Positions 26,850 to 36,169 of a stretch of DNA of 46,376 nucleotides are shown here, one piece after another; within the stretch, counting starts at the first letter, position 1; each line of letters opens with the position of its first letter. The notes beneath the pieces were generated by a model, which saw only the letters and a list, made by a program, of their open reading frames with translations, made no database searches and was not told the origin of the DNA. The position numbers were made by a program, and so were the translations under genes. This DNA is from a virus (Duplodnaviria > Caudoviricetes): positions 1 to 46,376 of the IMG/VR virus record IMGVR_UViG_3300032212_000692; one strand, 5' to 3'.

Positions 26850-27467
26850 TCACACCTTCGCAAAATCAAGCGGGATGGATTTGCGCGCTCCGGTCGCGGG
26901 ATCGACCTCGTAGAAGCGAACATATGTGCGGGTGGTATGGACCCGGATTGCGTCCGAGATGGCCTCCATTGCGCGGTTCCAGTCATCATCATCGATCTGC
27001 AGCCGGCGCAGGCTCAGCACGCGCTGCGTGTCGATCCGGCCCGTCTTGCCGACCTGAAAAGCGTCATCGACCAGCGCCTTCAGGTTCTGGTTGGCATCCT
27101 CGCTCCAACGCTCGACGCAGCCGTCAATTAGCGCCTTGGCCGACTGGATTTCCGGGCCGAGATCGATGGCATCCTGCACCGAGACCTCCATCGCGAGCGT
27201 GCCGTCGAAGCTCCTGAAGGTCATGTTGCCCTTCTTGCCGCCGCGAGACGTGCCATATTCGGCTGCCAGCATATCGGCGAAGCTGCCGGCCTCGCCCAGG
27301 GCATTGGCTTTCAGCGCGGTCAGATCCTCGCTGAGCTTGCGGGCGGATTTGATGAAGCCGCGCACCATCTCATCCTCCAGCTTGTGCTGCGGCTTGATCA
27401 GGCCCGACGGCACGAAGCGTCCCTGCGGGTCGAACATGCCGTCATCGGTGGTCATGGTCTGGTTCAT
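26850..27467 (-). CDS. DUF3164 family protein (Mu-like early region)
   Basis: GGKKGNMTFRSFDG, AKALIDGC, AFQVGKTG, YVRFYE. Confidence 0.88.
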   Translation of the reverse strand: MNQTMTTDDGMFDPQGRFVPSGLIKPQHKLEDEMVRGFIKSARKLSEDLTALKANALGEAGSFADMLAAEYGTSRGGKKGNMTFRSFDGTLAMEVSVQDAIDLGPEIQSAKALIDGCVERWSEDANQNLKALVDDAFQVGKTGRIDTQRVLSLRRLQIDDDDWNRAMEAISDAIRVHTTRTYVRFYEVDPATGARKSIPLDFAKV

Positions 27468-27658
27468 GTCGGGTCTCCTTTTGTGCGTTTGGCGGGCACC
27501 ACGCCCAGGCAGGCCAATGTGGTCGCCATCGCTTCGATCTCTTCCAATGTGATCAGGGTGGCACCGCGCTTGCCCTTGTGGTCGACCTTGCCGACCGCGC
27601 GCCGCGCCAGGCGCAGCATCTCGGTTTCTTCAAAGGGGGCGGTTTCGGGCGCGCTCAA
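27464..27658 (-). CDS. hypothetical phage protein
   Basis: KVDHKGKRGATLITLEEIEAMA; overlapping start/stop coupling. Confidence 0.62.
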   Translation of the reverse strand: MSAPETAPFEETEMLRLARRAVGKVDHKGKRGATLITLEEIEAMATTLACLGVVPAKRTKGDPT

Positions 27659-27927
27659 TTCATCCGCTCCTTGACCTTGGCCAGGCGCTCAGCCTCCTGC
27701 TGCTGTTGCAGCTGCCAATGGGCGGTATGGATCACGCGGGCGACGACCACTTCGGGCGAGCAATCCTGCGAAAAGGCGATGCCGCCAATCACGTTCATGG
27801 CAATGAGAACAACAAGCTCGGCCGCTTCCTTGTCTCCTTTGACACGTTCGCCGAGATCGGCAGCAAATTTGACGGCCTTCGGGCTCCAACCGCTCGGATT
27901 GAGGCCATCTTCTTGAACGACTTTCAT
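27655..27927 (-). CDS. hypothetical phage protein
   Basis: Coupled ORF in the early operon. Confidence 0.55.
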   Translation of the reverse strand: MKVVQEDGLNPSGWSPKAVKFAADLGERVKGDKEAAELVVLIAMNVIGGIAFSQDCSPEVVVARVIHTAHWQLQQQQEAERLAKVKERMN

Positions 27928-28292
27928 GTCACTTTCTCCTTATTGAATATCGTGCAGGCATTGCAGGCGCGCCGCATATTGGTGCGCAGCGGGTTCGGGC
28001 TGCCGGGGTTTCTAGCCTGGTCCTGGTGGCGCAGGCACTCGGTCAGGCGGACCTCGCCCAGGGCCGGGCAATCGCGCCGTTCCTGCATCAGATCGGCCCG
28101 GACCAGCTCCTCGATCCGCGCCAGGTCGCCCTTGTAGGCTTGGCGCAGCAGCAGGCTGACGACCGGGGCGGTGTAGCCCAGACGCCGGGCCACCTGGTTC
28201 TGGCTGGTTTCATCAGCGGCGCGTGCCAGCGCCGCGACCCAGTCGGGCAGGGGCGTCCAATGCTCGCGCGCGATATCCAACCGCGCGCTCAT
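27924..28292 (-). CDS. HTH plus Cys-cluster regulator-like protein
   Basis: SQNQVARRLGYTAPVVSLLL HTH; CPALG..C..ACNAC. Confidence 0.72.
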   Translation of the reverse strand: MSARLDIAREHWTPLPDWVAALARAADETSQNQVARRLGYTAPVVSLLLRQAYKGDLARIEELVRADLMQERRDCPALGEVRLTECLRHQDQARNPGSPNPLRTNMRRACNACTIFNKEKVT

Positions 28293-28852
28293 GCCGAAAC
28301 CTCCGGCACCCATGCAACGCAGCCTTCATTGGGGTCGATGAGAACCCGCACACGTTTTTGATAGGGGGCCAGCGGGCCGGTATCGCGGGCGAGCGCATAA
28401 ATGGCCTCCGAATGCATGGTGGCCTTTTTCAGCGCCCGCAGAAATCCGGCCTTGAAAAGGAACTGGCAATAGGTCTGAACCTCCTTGAGCTCCAGATCCG
28501 GGCGCGCCGCCGCGATGGCAAAGAGGATGTCGGTCGCCGTGAACCTGCGCAGAAGACGGATGGCCGTCCAAATGGCTTGTGGCGTCGTCGTGATGGCGGA
28601 CTTTTGCGGTCCGTCTGAGGGGACGGGTGCCACACGATAGGTCAGCGTTTTACCATCTTTGAGTGTGCCACAGCTGGCGATCCGGCCCTCCTCGTGCCAG
28701 CGTTTCATGTATTTTCGGGCCCGCGACACCGGAAAGTCGAGACGCTCGACAAGTGTGGTTGCCGTGAAAATGGGAAGACGCTCGACCTCTGCCCATGCCT
28801 TTTCGTCGGCCTCCCAGCCCGGGCCGGTGCGGGAGTGCTCTGAAACGTTCAT
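28289..28852 (-). CDS. tandem winged-helix protein downstream of MuB
   Basis: IWTAIRLLRRFT, YCQFLFKAGFL, DTGPLAP, DPN. Confidence 0.7.
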   Translation of the reverse strand: MNVSEHSRTGPGWEADEKAWAEVERLPIFTATTLVERLDFPVSRARKYMKRWHEEGRIASCGTLKDGKTLTYRVAPVPSDGPQKSAITTTPQAIWTAIRLLRRFTATDILFAIAAARPDLELKEVQTYCQFLFKAGFLRALKKATMHSEAIYALARDTGPLAPYQKRVRVLIDPNEGCVAWVPEVSA

Positions 28853-29598
28853 GCGTAATCCCTCCGCCCGAGCGGCGGCTCGCCGGTGTAGAAATCGCGA
28901 CTGCCCCAATCCTCCAATGTCATTCGAGTGACGCCGCGCGTGCGGGCATCTTCGGCGATCCATGAGAGGTTGTTCGACACTCGCCGGATGCGCCCGCCCG
29001 AGGCCTTCACTATCGCGGCAAGCAGATCCTCGGAGATCTCCACCTGATTGGCGTAGTAGCGGGCCAGTTGGCGGGCGTCCTCCAGATCTGCCGGTTCGGC
29101 TGCGACCCAGCCGGCGATGCGGTTATGCACCCTTTCGATCCGCGTCAGGTGTTGCGGCAGTTCCTCTTCGCCAATCAGCACCACGGTGTTTTGGGTGTCG
29201 TCATGAATGCCCCGGACGAATTCCAGCATCTTCTTGTTCAGAAGGTGATCGGCCTCGTCGATGATCAGCGGGCGCGGGTCACGGATCAGGGCGGCAACGA
29301 TATCCTCGAACATGTGGCTGAGAGTTTGCCGGCGGTTCGACGGCGCGCGCAGCTCTCCGAGAATGGCCTCAGCGAGGGATTTCGGTGTCCAGAAGTCGCG
29401 GCACTGGATATGGACCGCGTTCTTGCTCAGGTTCGCGTGGATCGCGGCGAAAGTCTTGCCAAAGCCCGATGGCCCGTAAAACACCGCCATGCCGGGCAGG
29501 AATGCCTGCCGTGCCTCCACCTTCTCGATCAGCGTCATCAGCGCGACGACGTTGCGCGTCGGCCTGATTTGATTGCCATATGCCTGTCCGTCTGCCAT
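28849..29598 (-). CDS. MuB-like transposition ATPase
   Basis: GPSGFGKT Walker A, LIIDEAD Walker B, VLIGEE. Confidence 0.92.
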   Translation of the reverse strand: MADGQAYGNQIRPTRNVVALMTLIEKVEARQAFLPGMAVFYGPSGFGKTFAAIHANLSKNAVHIQCRDFWTPKSLAEAILGELRAPSNRRQTLSHMFEDIVAALIRDPRPLIIDEADHLLNKKMLEFVRGIHDDTQNTVVLIGEEELPQHLTRIERVHNRIAGWVAAEPADLEDARQLARYYANQVEISEDLLAAIVKASGGRIRRVSNNLSWIAEDARTRGVTRMTLEDWGSRDFYTGEPPLGRRDYA

Positions 29599-29662
29599 CT
29601 TGTCCTCCGTGGCCTCGTTTCACACCAGCCGCTCGTTGGGGCTCCATCCCAACGGGCGGCGC

Positions 29663-31789
29663 TCATCCCAGGACGTCTCTCCCGAAATCTTTCATCGCAG
29701 CCTTGTGGGCGCGGTATTCCGCGCCACTTTGGTAGATCCGCAGCCATTCGGCCTCGGCGCGGCCAATCCGTTCACTGCGTTCGGCGCGCTCCTCGATTTC
29801 GACGGCGCGGCGAAACCGGTCGCGCGGCTGCTCCTCTTGCTTGGCAGCTGCGGGCTTGGCCTCGAACGCTACAATTGCGGCCGCGCGACGCGCCTCCAGT
29901 TCCTCATTGGGAGTGGGCACCGGGTCGGGCAGTTGGAACCGGCCCGCCACGGTTGATTTCTGCTTGAAATCGGGGGCGACAACTTTCGCATCCAATGGCG
30001 CGGGTTGCGCCTTCGCGGCATGGGTCTCGTCAAGTCGCTGACCGACCTCGGCAGGCCGCATCTGGCGCGTAGCTTCGAGCAGCTTCTTTTCTGCCCGCTT
30101 GATCTGAGCGGTGCGCCGGTGATGGGTCTTGGCCTCGACCAGATCGAAGAACCCGACTTTCTCCTGGCACGGGGCATGGCCCAGATACTCGCCGCCCTTG
30201 GCGTAGAGCCAGACACCGGAAAAGAGATCCTCGGCATCGAACCGCGCGACCACTTCCCTGCCGGCATACTCGGCCATCCAATCGGCGTGATACATGTTTT
30301 CATGCAGCTTCAATCGCCCATGACTGCGGTGCAGGCGGCGGACCTCCTGACCCATCAGCCAAAGGCGACGCTGCTCGTCGGTGGCCTTGCGGATCGGCGC
30401 GACCCTGTAACTTTCGGCGAAAGTCTCGTCGAAGCTGCGGCCATTGGCCGTCTCTGACAGCCTGCCGAGCCGGGCATTGTGCTCCGCGATGCCTTCATCG
30501 AGAACACGCAGGAACGCATCCACCGGAACCGTGCGGCTGCCGTAATCGGCAGGCTTGGCCATTGGGCTATTGCCGACATAGGCCCCGTCAAAGCGCGGGT
30601 CCTTGGCAATGTCGGATGCCAGATCGCGGAATGCGCGCTCAATAGGCTTGGCCTGACCATGGCCAGGGCGCGCCCAATGGATGTTAATCCCAAGCATCGG
30701 CAGGACACCGAGCGGATCGTCTTCGTTGACCTTGAACCGGAACCGGGTCTTGGCCCCGCCCGTCATCCATTTATTGGCGAATTCGCGGCCATTGTCGAAA
30801 AGGCACATCTTGGGGATGCCCCATGTCTCAATCATCTCGCCGAAAGCCGCCATCACTGCCACCTTGTTCGGGCTGTGATCGACGCGCCAACTCAGGATCT
30901 TGCCGGAGTAGATATCCTGGAAGGCGACGATCTGGGGTCGGTTGACGGTGCCATCGGGCCATTCGACAAAGACATCGATCTTGTGGCAATCGGCATTGAC
31001 AGCCTGCAAGGCGTGAAGCCCGGATTTGTCGCGGATCTGCGGCGGGAAACAGCGCTCAAGGCCTTCCACACCCTCGCGGGCAAAGACCTGCGTGACACGC
31101 GGCACCTCGGCGTCCAGCTTCCGACGCGCCGTTCTCTCGGTCAGGACGGCATGGCCATTGGCCTTTGCCCATGAACTGGCCGCGCGCCAACATGCCTTGA
31201 AGGTGGGCATCGCCGGGCGCAGATAGGCGCTCACCAGCATCGACCAGAATTCGGGGTGGCATTCGGCGCGCTTCACATCGCGCGGGGTAGTCCGGTGGCG
31301 CGGGGCCAGGTAGGCCAGCCGGTCCTCGGGCGCTATGCCTTCGATCATCGCGAGCCAGTTCCAGATCGTGCGCGCCGAGACGCCGCGCAGCCGAGCGATC
31401 TCGCAGGCGGCGAGGTCACGCCCGATACCCGTCCTCTCCAATGCCTGCAGCTGTTGCAGCGCGGCCAGCCGGTTGCGGGCCACGTCCTTGGCCGTATCCG
31501 TCAGGCGATCAAAGGCATCCCAGGCAGCACCGCGATCCAGCACATTCGCTACCGGATCATCGGCCTCGGCAAGCAGCTTGCGCCGCGCGGCGAGGGGGAA
31601 AAGGGACCAGTGGTATTCCCAACCGCCGCCGGCGGCGCGGCGCTTTCGCGCGCGGGTTATGTCGGAGCGCCAACTAAGGCGATCTGCCGCGCTGTTCACG
31701 CGTCTTTTTGTCGTCGCCATATCAGGCAGATTTGCCGATGCAATCTCCTCGGCTGTCCACCACGTCTTTTTGGGTTCAGTTTGGGACAT
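29663..31789 (-). CDS. MuA-like DDE transposase
   Basis: N-terminal Mu HTH (GGGWEY), NADCHKIDV, FDNGREF, AKPIERAF. Confidence 0.95.
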   Translation of the reverse strand: MSQTEPKKTWWTAEEIASANLPDMATTKRRVNSAADRLSWRSDITRARKRRAAGGGWEYHWSLFPLAARRKLLAEADDPVANVLDRGAAWDAFDRLTDTAKDVARNRLAALQQLQALERTGIGRDLAACEIARLRGVSARTIWNWLAMIEGIAPEDRLAYLAPRHRTTPRDVKRAECHPEFWSMLVSAYLRPAMPTFKACWRAASSWAKANGHAVLTERTARRKLDAEVPRVTQVFAREGVEGLERCFPPQIRDKSGLHALQAVNADCHKIDVFVEWPDGTVNRPQIVAFQDIYSGKILSWRVDHSPNKVAVMAAFGEMIETWGIPKMCLFDNGREFANKWMTGGAKTRFRFKVNEDDPLGVLPMLGINIHWARPGHGQAKPIERAFRDLASDIAKDPRFDGAYVGNSPMAKPADYGSRTVPVDAFLRVLDEGIAEHNARLGRLSETANGRSFDETFAESYRVAPIRKATDEQRRLWLMGQEVRRLHRSHGRLKLHENMYHADWMAEYAGREVVARFDAEDLFSGVWLYAKGGEYLGHAPCQEKVGFFDLVEAKTHHRRTAQIKRAEKKLLEATRQMRPAEVGQRLDETHAAKAQPAPLDAKVVAPDFKQKSTVAGRFQLPDPVPTPNEELEARRAAAIVAFEAKPAAAKQEEQPRDRFRRAVEIEERAERSERIGRAEAEWLRIYQSGAEYRAHKAAMKDFGRDVLG

Positions 31790-32652
31790 CAGTGGCCCCT
31801 GACATCGGCAGGACTGTTACCATCGCGAGATGGCATCAGATCAACCAATTCCGCCGCCACGTCCTGCACAAATCGGCGCTGTGCCTCTTTCGGCGCGCGA
31901 TTGAAGGCCTTGAGGAGGCCCAGATGTGCCTCGCTAATGGGGTCTTTAACTGGGGTGTTTTTGGCCCTTGCGGCCAGCGCAGCCTTGACCGATTTTACCT
32001 CACCGTTTGAGAGGGCGATGATCGCCTGAGAGCGCTTGTGCGCATCACCTTCTTTGCCTAGTGCAATGAGATCTTGTTCGGTGACTTTCTTCGGAGCATT
32101 TTGAAGCCATCGAGCTTCGTCTTTGGTGAGACGTTCGGCGGCCGAGATCGTCATGCGTATCTTGCGTTCAGTGAGGCCTGTAATCTTGGACATATAGGAT
32201 GCAAAGGAAATCGTTTCCGTTGCATTCCAGCGGGCAGAAGCACCAGCAGTTCCTGGAGCTGTTTCAGGGTGAAGCTTGAGATACGCGCGCTTGCGGTCAG
32301 CCATCGAGAGCGCACGGTCCAATGGGCTCAATTGAGCGCCTGACAGGTTCGCTTCGACCTCAATCAACTTCCCGACGCGAGCACCAACCGGTAGAATTCT
32401 CGCGATGATGCGCTCCATGCCAAGCCGCTCTGCCGCCCTGATCCGGTGCGCACCGTCTATTAGGGCGAATTGACCTTCTGCGCCTTTGATCTTGCGCACG
32501 GTAATGGGCACGTTGATGTCGCCGGTAGTAGGCACCGTCGCAATGATCACATCGACACGATCTTCGATGACCAACCTGCTACGGTCTTTCACCACTATTT
32601 GATCGAGAGGGATGCGTGAAAATTGGTCGGAAATCTCTGCCGGTTTACTCAC
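31789..32652 (-). CDS. ParB N-terminal domain protein
   Basis: PITVRK, LIDGAHRIRA, EVEANL, YLKLHPET. Confidence 0.82.
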   Translation of the reverse strand: MSKPAEISDQFSRIPLDQIVVKDRSRLVIEDRVDVIIATVPTTGDINVPITVRKIKGAEGQFALIDGAHRIRAAERLGMERIIARILPVGARVGKLIEVEANLSGAQLSPLDRALSMADRKRAYLKLHPETAPGTAGASARWNATETISFASYMSKITGLTERKIRMTISAAERLTKDEARWLQNAPKKVTEQDLIALGKEGDAHKRSQAIIALSNGEVKSVKAALAARAKNTPVKDPISEAHLGLLKAFNRAPKEAQRRFVQDVAAELVDLMPSRDGNSPADVRGH

Positions 32653-32974
32653 AATCGATGCTCCCGGAAGATTTCAGATTGGACCGTTCGATCTCGGCGA
32701 CCAAGCCGATGGCCGCGATCAACAACGCCGACAGCTTCGGCACGTTGATATCAATTGAATGTGCAAGGTCGTCCAAGCTGCATGTGTAGTAGCCCACGAG
32801 ATCCGGCTCGATAAAATCAGCGTTCTTCGGATCGCAAACAAATTCGATCCGATCTGTTGCGTTCTCCGCGTTCTTTACAATCTCACCGGCACCAGCCAGC
32901 GCCTGACGGAGCAGCTCAATCGCCAATTCACATTGCGCGCGGAAATCACTCTCAGTCTTTGGAAACTGTCCCAT
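32645..32974 (-). CDS. hypothetical protein (accessory)
   Basis: Co-oriented ORF, visibly more AT-rich than its neighbours. Confidence 0.5.
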   Translation of the reverse strand: MGQFPKTESDFRAQCELAIELLRQALAGAGEIVKNAENATDRIEFVCDPKNADFIEPDLVGYYTCSLDDLAHSIDINVPKLSALLIAAIGLVAEIERSNLKSSGSIDCE

Positions 32975-33212
32975 TCCACTCCTCCGGTGTCTTTGTCAGG
33001 CGGTAGAAGAACCGGCGCTGCCCGTCCTTTGACCGCTGTTCACATTCGATCCTGCAGCCGTTCTCCCTCAGCTCCGCGACCACGGAATTGACGGCGCATA
33101 TATTGGCTTTTCTCACCAGCGTCCGCGTCGTGACCCACTGCCCGAACCGTTCCTCCAGCACCCTCAGGGCGCGTTGCAGGCGGAGGCTTTCAGACAGCCG
33201 CGCATGATGCAT
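32952..33212 (-). CDS. small winged-helix protein
   Basis: MHHARL..RLQRAL, ICAVNSVVAELRENG, FFYRL. Confidence 0.65.
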   Translation of the reverse strand: MHHARLSESLRLQRALRVLEERFGQWVTTRTLVRKANICAVNSVVAELRENGCRIECEQRSKDGQRRFFYRLTKTPEEWNGTVSKD

Positions 33213-33263
33213 GTCAGATCATCCCCTCGGGCATGGTGCGACAGCGCTGGCCATTGCTGATCA

Positions 33264-33548
33264 TCACAGCACTCCCGCCATCACGATGCCGACGACGGCG
33301 GTCAGGATCAGGAACACGAGGCCAAGGATGTCTCCGGCGATCTCAAGCAATTCTTGGCGCGACCAGGGCAAAAGTGGGGAGGCACCCGCCCTGGTCGCCG
33401 AACCGGCCCCGGAATGGGTTATGGAGGAGGGCCAGGTTGTTTCGGGGGCCGCGCGGCCCGGTCCGTGAGTGACGGCCGCGCGGCCCGCATCACCGGGGAC
33501 ATCCCCATCAGAACCCGGCGACAGGGTGTTGGTGTGAAGGGCGCTCAT
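33264..33548 (-). CDS. hypothetical protein with C-terminal TM segment
   Basis: Coupled to the upstream ORF; hydrophobic tail. Confidence 0.45.
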   Translation of the reverse strand: MSALHTNTLSPGSDGDVPGDAGRAAVTHGPGRAAPETTWPSSITHSGAGSATRAGASPLLPWSRQELLEIAGDILGLVFLILTAVVGIVMAGVL

Positions 33549-33856
33549 TCGGAGCCTCCATCGATGATCTGGAAAGGTCCTCGGGATGCCGCGACGGTGG
33601 CACCCCGAGGAAGGTGGCCGGAGGATGCAATGGTGGTCTCCGGCTGGCAGAACCCGTCGCGCAAAGCGGCAGCGCGAAGCTGCCGCTCAAGGCAGTCAGC
33701 GTGACGGGCTATTTCATGGGCATGCACGCGCAGCTCGGCATACATTCCCGGATTGACGATCTGGCGCAGCAGATCGGTGGCAATGGCCACCCGGTCGCTG
33801 GCAGGCATCTCGGACAGAAAGAGGCGCGCGGCCTGCTGATTGGTGAGGTGGTTCAT
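33545..33856 (-). CDS. hypothetical early protein
   Basis: MNHLTNQQAARLF...; ATGA overlap with the cro-like stop. Confidence 0.6.
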   Translation of the reverse strand: MNHLTNQQAARLFLSEMPASDRVAIATDLLRQIVNPGMYAELRVHAHEIARHADCLERQLRAAALRDGFCQPETTIASSGHLPRGATVAASRGPFQIIDGGSE

Positions 33857-34101
33857 GCGGCCTCTTCCGGAGTAGAGCGGGCCGGGCGAGGAATTTCCGA
33901 AGGCCACTCCAGATCCTCTGGCCACTGGTCAGAAAACCATTGGCAAACCGCGTTGAAAGTGGCGACCGTGCAGCCTTTTCCCTCACGCAGCCTTGCAAAG
34001 AACCGCGCATGTCCAGCGCAGTGATTTGAGATCGTGGCCTCGCTCCGTCCAAGAAAGGAAGCGAGCGTTTCGGAGAGGGTGATAAGGTCTGAATAGTGCA
34101 T
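33853..34101 (-). CDS. Cro/Ner-like small regulator (start could be 34113)
   Basis: Divergent from the repressor; SEATISN, FFARL, WFSDQWPEDLEWPSEIPRP. Confidence 0.78.
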   Translation of the reverse strand: MHYSDLITLSETLASFLGRSEATISNHCAGHARFFARLREGKGCTVATFNAVCQWFSDQWPEDLEWPSEIPRPARSTPEEAA

Positions 34102-34210
34102 AAATACACTCATACACACCTACACTGCCGTTGCAATGTAAAAATACACTCTTTTTGGGAAACCGATTGTCCACTTGTGCCGCGGTCATGATCGAGTGCA
34201 TTTTTGCACT
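34095..34210. promoter_or_regulatory. three 16-bp palindromic operators in the immunity region
   Basis: AGTGCATAAATACACT (34095-110), AATGTAAAAATACACT (34135-150), AGTGCATTTTTGCACT (34195-210). Confidence 0.78.
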
Positions 34211-35347
34211 ATGAGTGAGTCGGACCGTATCTTCGAATTGATTGAACAACGGCGGAAGGAGCTCGGCCTGTCTCAGGCGCAAGTTAGCGAGCGTGCATTC
34301 GACCGCAGCGATACGTCCGCCATTCAGAATATTAGGCGCGGGTCCTCGCCATCGGTGGACAAACTTGCGGCATTGGGTGAGGCATTAGGGTTGGAGTTCT
34401 ATTTTGGACCGAAACGCGCCGAAGTCGTTAAAACAGCCCAGGCCATTTCCGAACAATTTGCGCCGGCGCTTGAAACCTCTCGGCAGGCGATGGCGAACCT
34501 TGGCTTCGCCGAAGAGCCGGTTCACTTCCAAGCGCAGATCTCGGCAACAGTATCCAGCCTCACAGCAGATATGCCCGGCTGGGCCGAACCGAAGCAAACG
34601 GGCCTGCTATACCCGCTGCCAGAAGGTGCCGACGATCAAGCGGCCGAATATCTTCAGCTGGAGGGCGGTGGTTGCGCCGCGCGTGGAGTTCCGCCCGACG
34701 CGACACTCTTAATTGACGCCTCGCAACCGGTCGGCCTCGGTGATGTCGCCCTTCTGACGGACCGGGGCGGCAATCAGATCGTGCGGCGCATCACGGACGA
34801 GGCCGGCGGCTGGGTGACAACGACTGGCTATCAGTTCGACCATGACGCCTGGGTATCTTTCACCGACAAATGGAAAGGCTCGGCCATCTCGGCCCGCGCC
34901 AAGGTTGTGGCCGCATTCGCGCGGACACCGTCAGCTGACGAGACCCAGATCAATCTTCTTGCCGCGCCGCCTGCGCCTGCCGCCGGCCAGCACGTTCCAA
35001 TCGGGCGGACGGCCTCCGGTCAGCCGGTATTGTTTGCCTCGGCCGATTGGCTCCATGGTGATGTTGAGGCGCTCGATACTGTCACCGTTCCTGACGCCGC
35101 GATGGAGCCACTTTTGCGCGCAGGTGCCACCGTCATCATTCAGACAGATGCCGCGTTGGACGACGGTGCCATTGTCGCCACCTTGACCGCCGGTAAAATC
35201 GGCCTGCACCGTTTCAGGCGAGAGCCGAACGGCGGCGCGTTCTTCTGGCATGACAACCCGGCGCACCCGCCCCTGTCCGCGCCAGCCGGCTCAACCGAGA
35301 TCCACATCATGGGGCGCGCGGTTTGGGTCGGGTTCTGGTTGGAATAG
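34211..35347 (+). CDS. prophage repressor: XRE HTH plus two degenerate S24-like domains
   Basis: RRKELGLSQAQVS...SPSVDKLAAL HTH; two S24-like repeats ending ARAKVVAAF and IMGRAVWVG. Confidence 0.82.
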   Translation: MSESDRIFELIEQRRKELGLSQAQVSERAFDRSDTSAIQNIRRGSSPSVDKLAALGEALGLEFYFGPKRAEVVKTAQAISEQFAPALETSRQAMANLGFAEEPVHFQAQISATVSSLTADMPGWAEPKQTGLLYPLPEGADDQAAEYLQLEGGGCAARGVPPDATLLIDASQPVGLGDVALLTDRGGNQIVRRITDEAGGWVTTTGYQFDHDAWVSFTDKWKGSAISARAKVVAAFARTPSADETQINLLAAPPAPAAGQHVPIGRTASGQPVLFASADWLHGDVEALDTVTVPDAAMEPLLRAGATVIIQTDAALDDGAIVATLTAGKIGLHRFRREPNGGAFFWHDNPAHPPLSAPAGSTEIHIMGRAVWVGFWLE

Positions 35348-35409
35348 GCCGTTGTTCGCAGCGCGGTTTCAGATAGGGTCATTTCGGTAGTTCTTTTTGG
35401 AGGTTAATC

Positions 35410-35742
35410 ATGTCTTTTAAGGTGTCGGTAACTGCGGTGGTGTTGGGCGTTATGGGCTTTCCATTTTCGGCGTCTGCCCAATCCGTCGACAGCATGGATG
35501 CCGCGATTAACCTTGGCTCGGTTCTTGCTGCAGAAATTCGCTGTGGCCTGTCTTACAATCAGGCAGCAATTTCTCAGTGGATCGACGACAACACCAATCC
35601 TAATGATATGGGATTTGCCAGCAACCTAGCCATGATGACTGACGGTGCGGCCTTCCAAATTCAAAGCATGACCCAGAGCAGCATCACAGCTCATTGCAGG
35701 TCAATCGAGCGCACCGCACGCTACTACGGCTTCATCGAATGA
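35410..35742 (+). CDS. secreted small protein (lysogenic cargo)
   Basis: GGAGG RBS, signal peptide ending ASA, two Cys. Confidence 0.72.
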   Translation: MSFKVSVTAVVLGVMGFPFSASAQSVDSMDAAINLGSVLAAEIRCGLSYNQAAISQWIDDNTNPNDMGFASNLAMMTDGAAFQIQSMTQSSITAHCRSIERTARYYGFIE

Positions 35743-35753
35743 CGCCGAAATCG

Positions 35754-36157
35754 CGTCCCACTTAATTTGCGCGTTCAGGATAAACCCCTTTGAGCCAAGT
35801 ATCTGTTTTTGTTTCTTAAACGGGCAGGTGGGACGCTTCATGTGCGACTGGGCGGCGAACGTCCCACTTCTTTGTCGTATGCAAGGTCAGTTTTTACCGG
35901 TCAATATTCGTGCCGCCACCGCTTCACCCTTAATTAATTGGGGTATCAGCAAACTGCACCACTGCCATCGCCCTCTGCGGCCCTCTGGGCCGTTCTGCAA
36001 TCTGCGCGCTCAGTTTTTGTCATTCTGAAAGACAAGCCATTTTGGACGCCAAACGATCATTTACGTGCAAATCGGCCTTATTTTATTGATCCTTCCAAGG
36101 TCTTCCGACCTCCTCTGGTCTCTTCCGAGTTCCTGAAGGTATCTCTGTCCCATAACA
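35754..36157. repeat. putative Mu-type end with transposase-binding repeats
   Basis: CGTCCCACTT at 35754 and 35860, inverted AGGTGGGACG at 35826, terminal TGTCCCATAACA 36146-36157; TCTTCCGA at 36101 and 36121. Confidence 0.65.
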
Positions 36158-36169
36158 ACGGTGGTAAGG

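Noticed and set aside
36091-36140. CRISPR-like or tandem repeat array
   Set aside because: Repeats are short and degenerate with no spacers or cas genes; better explained as phage-end sites.
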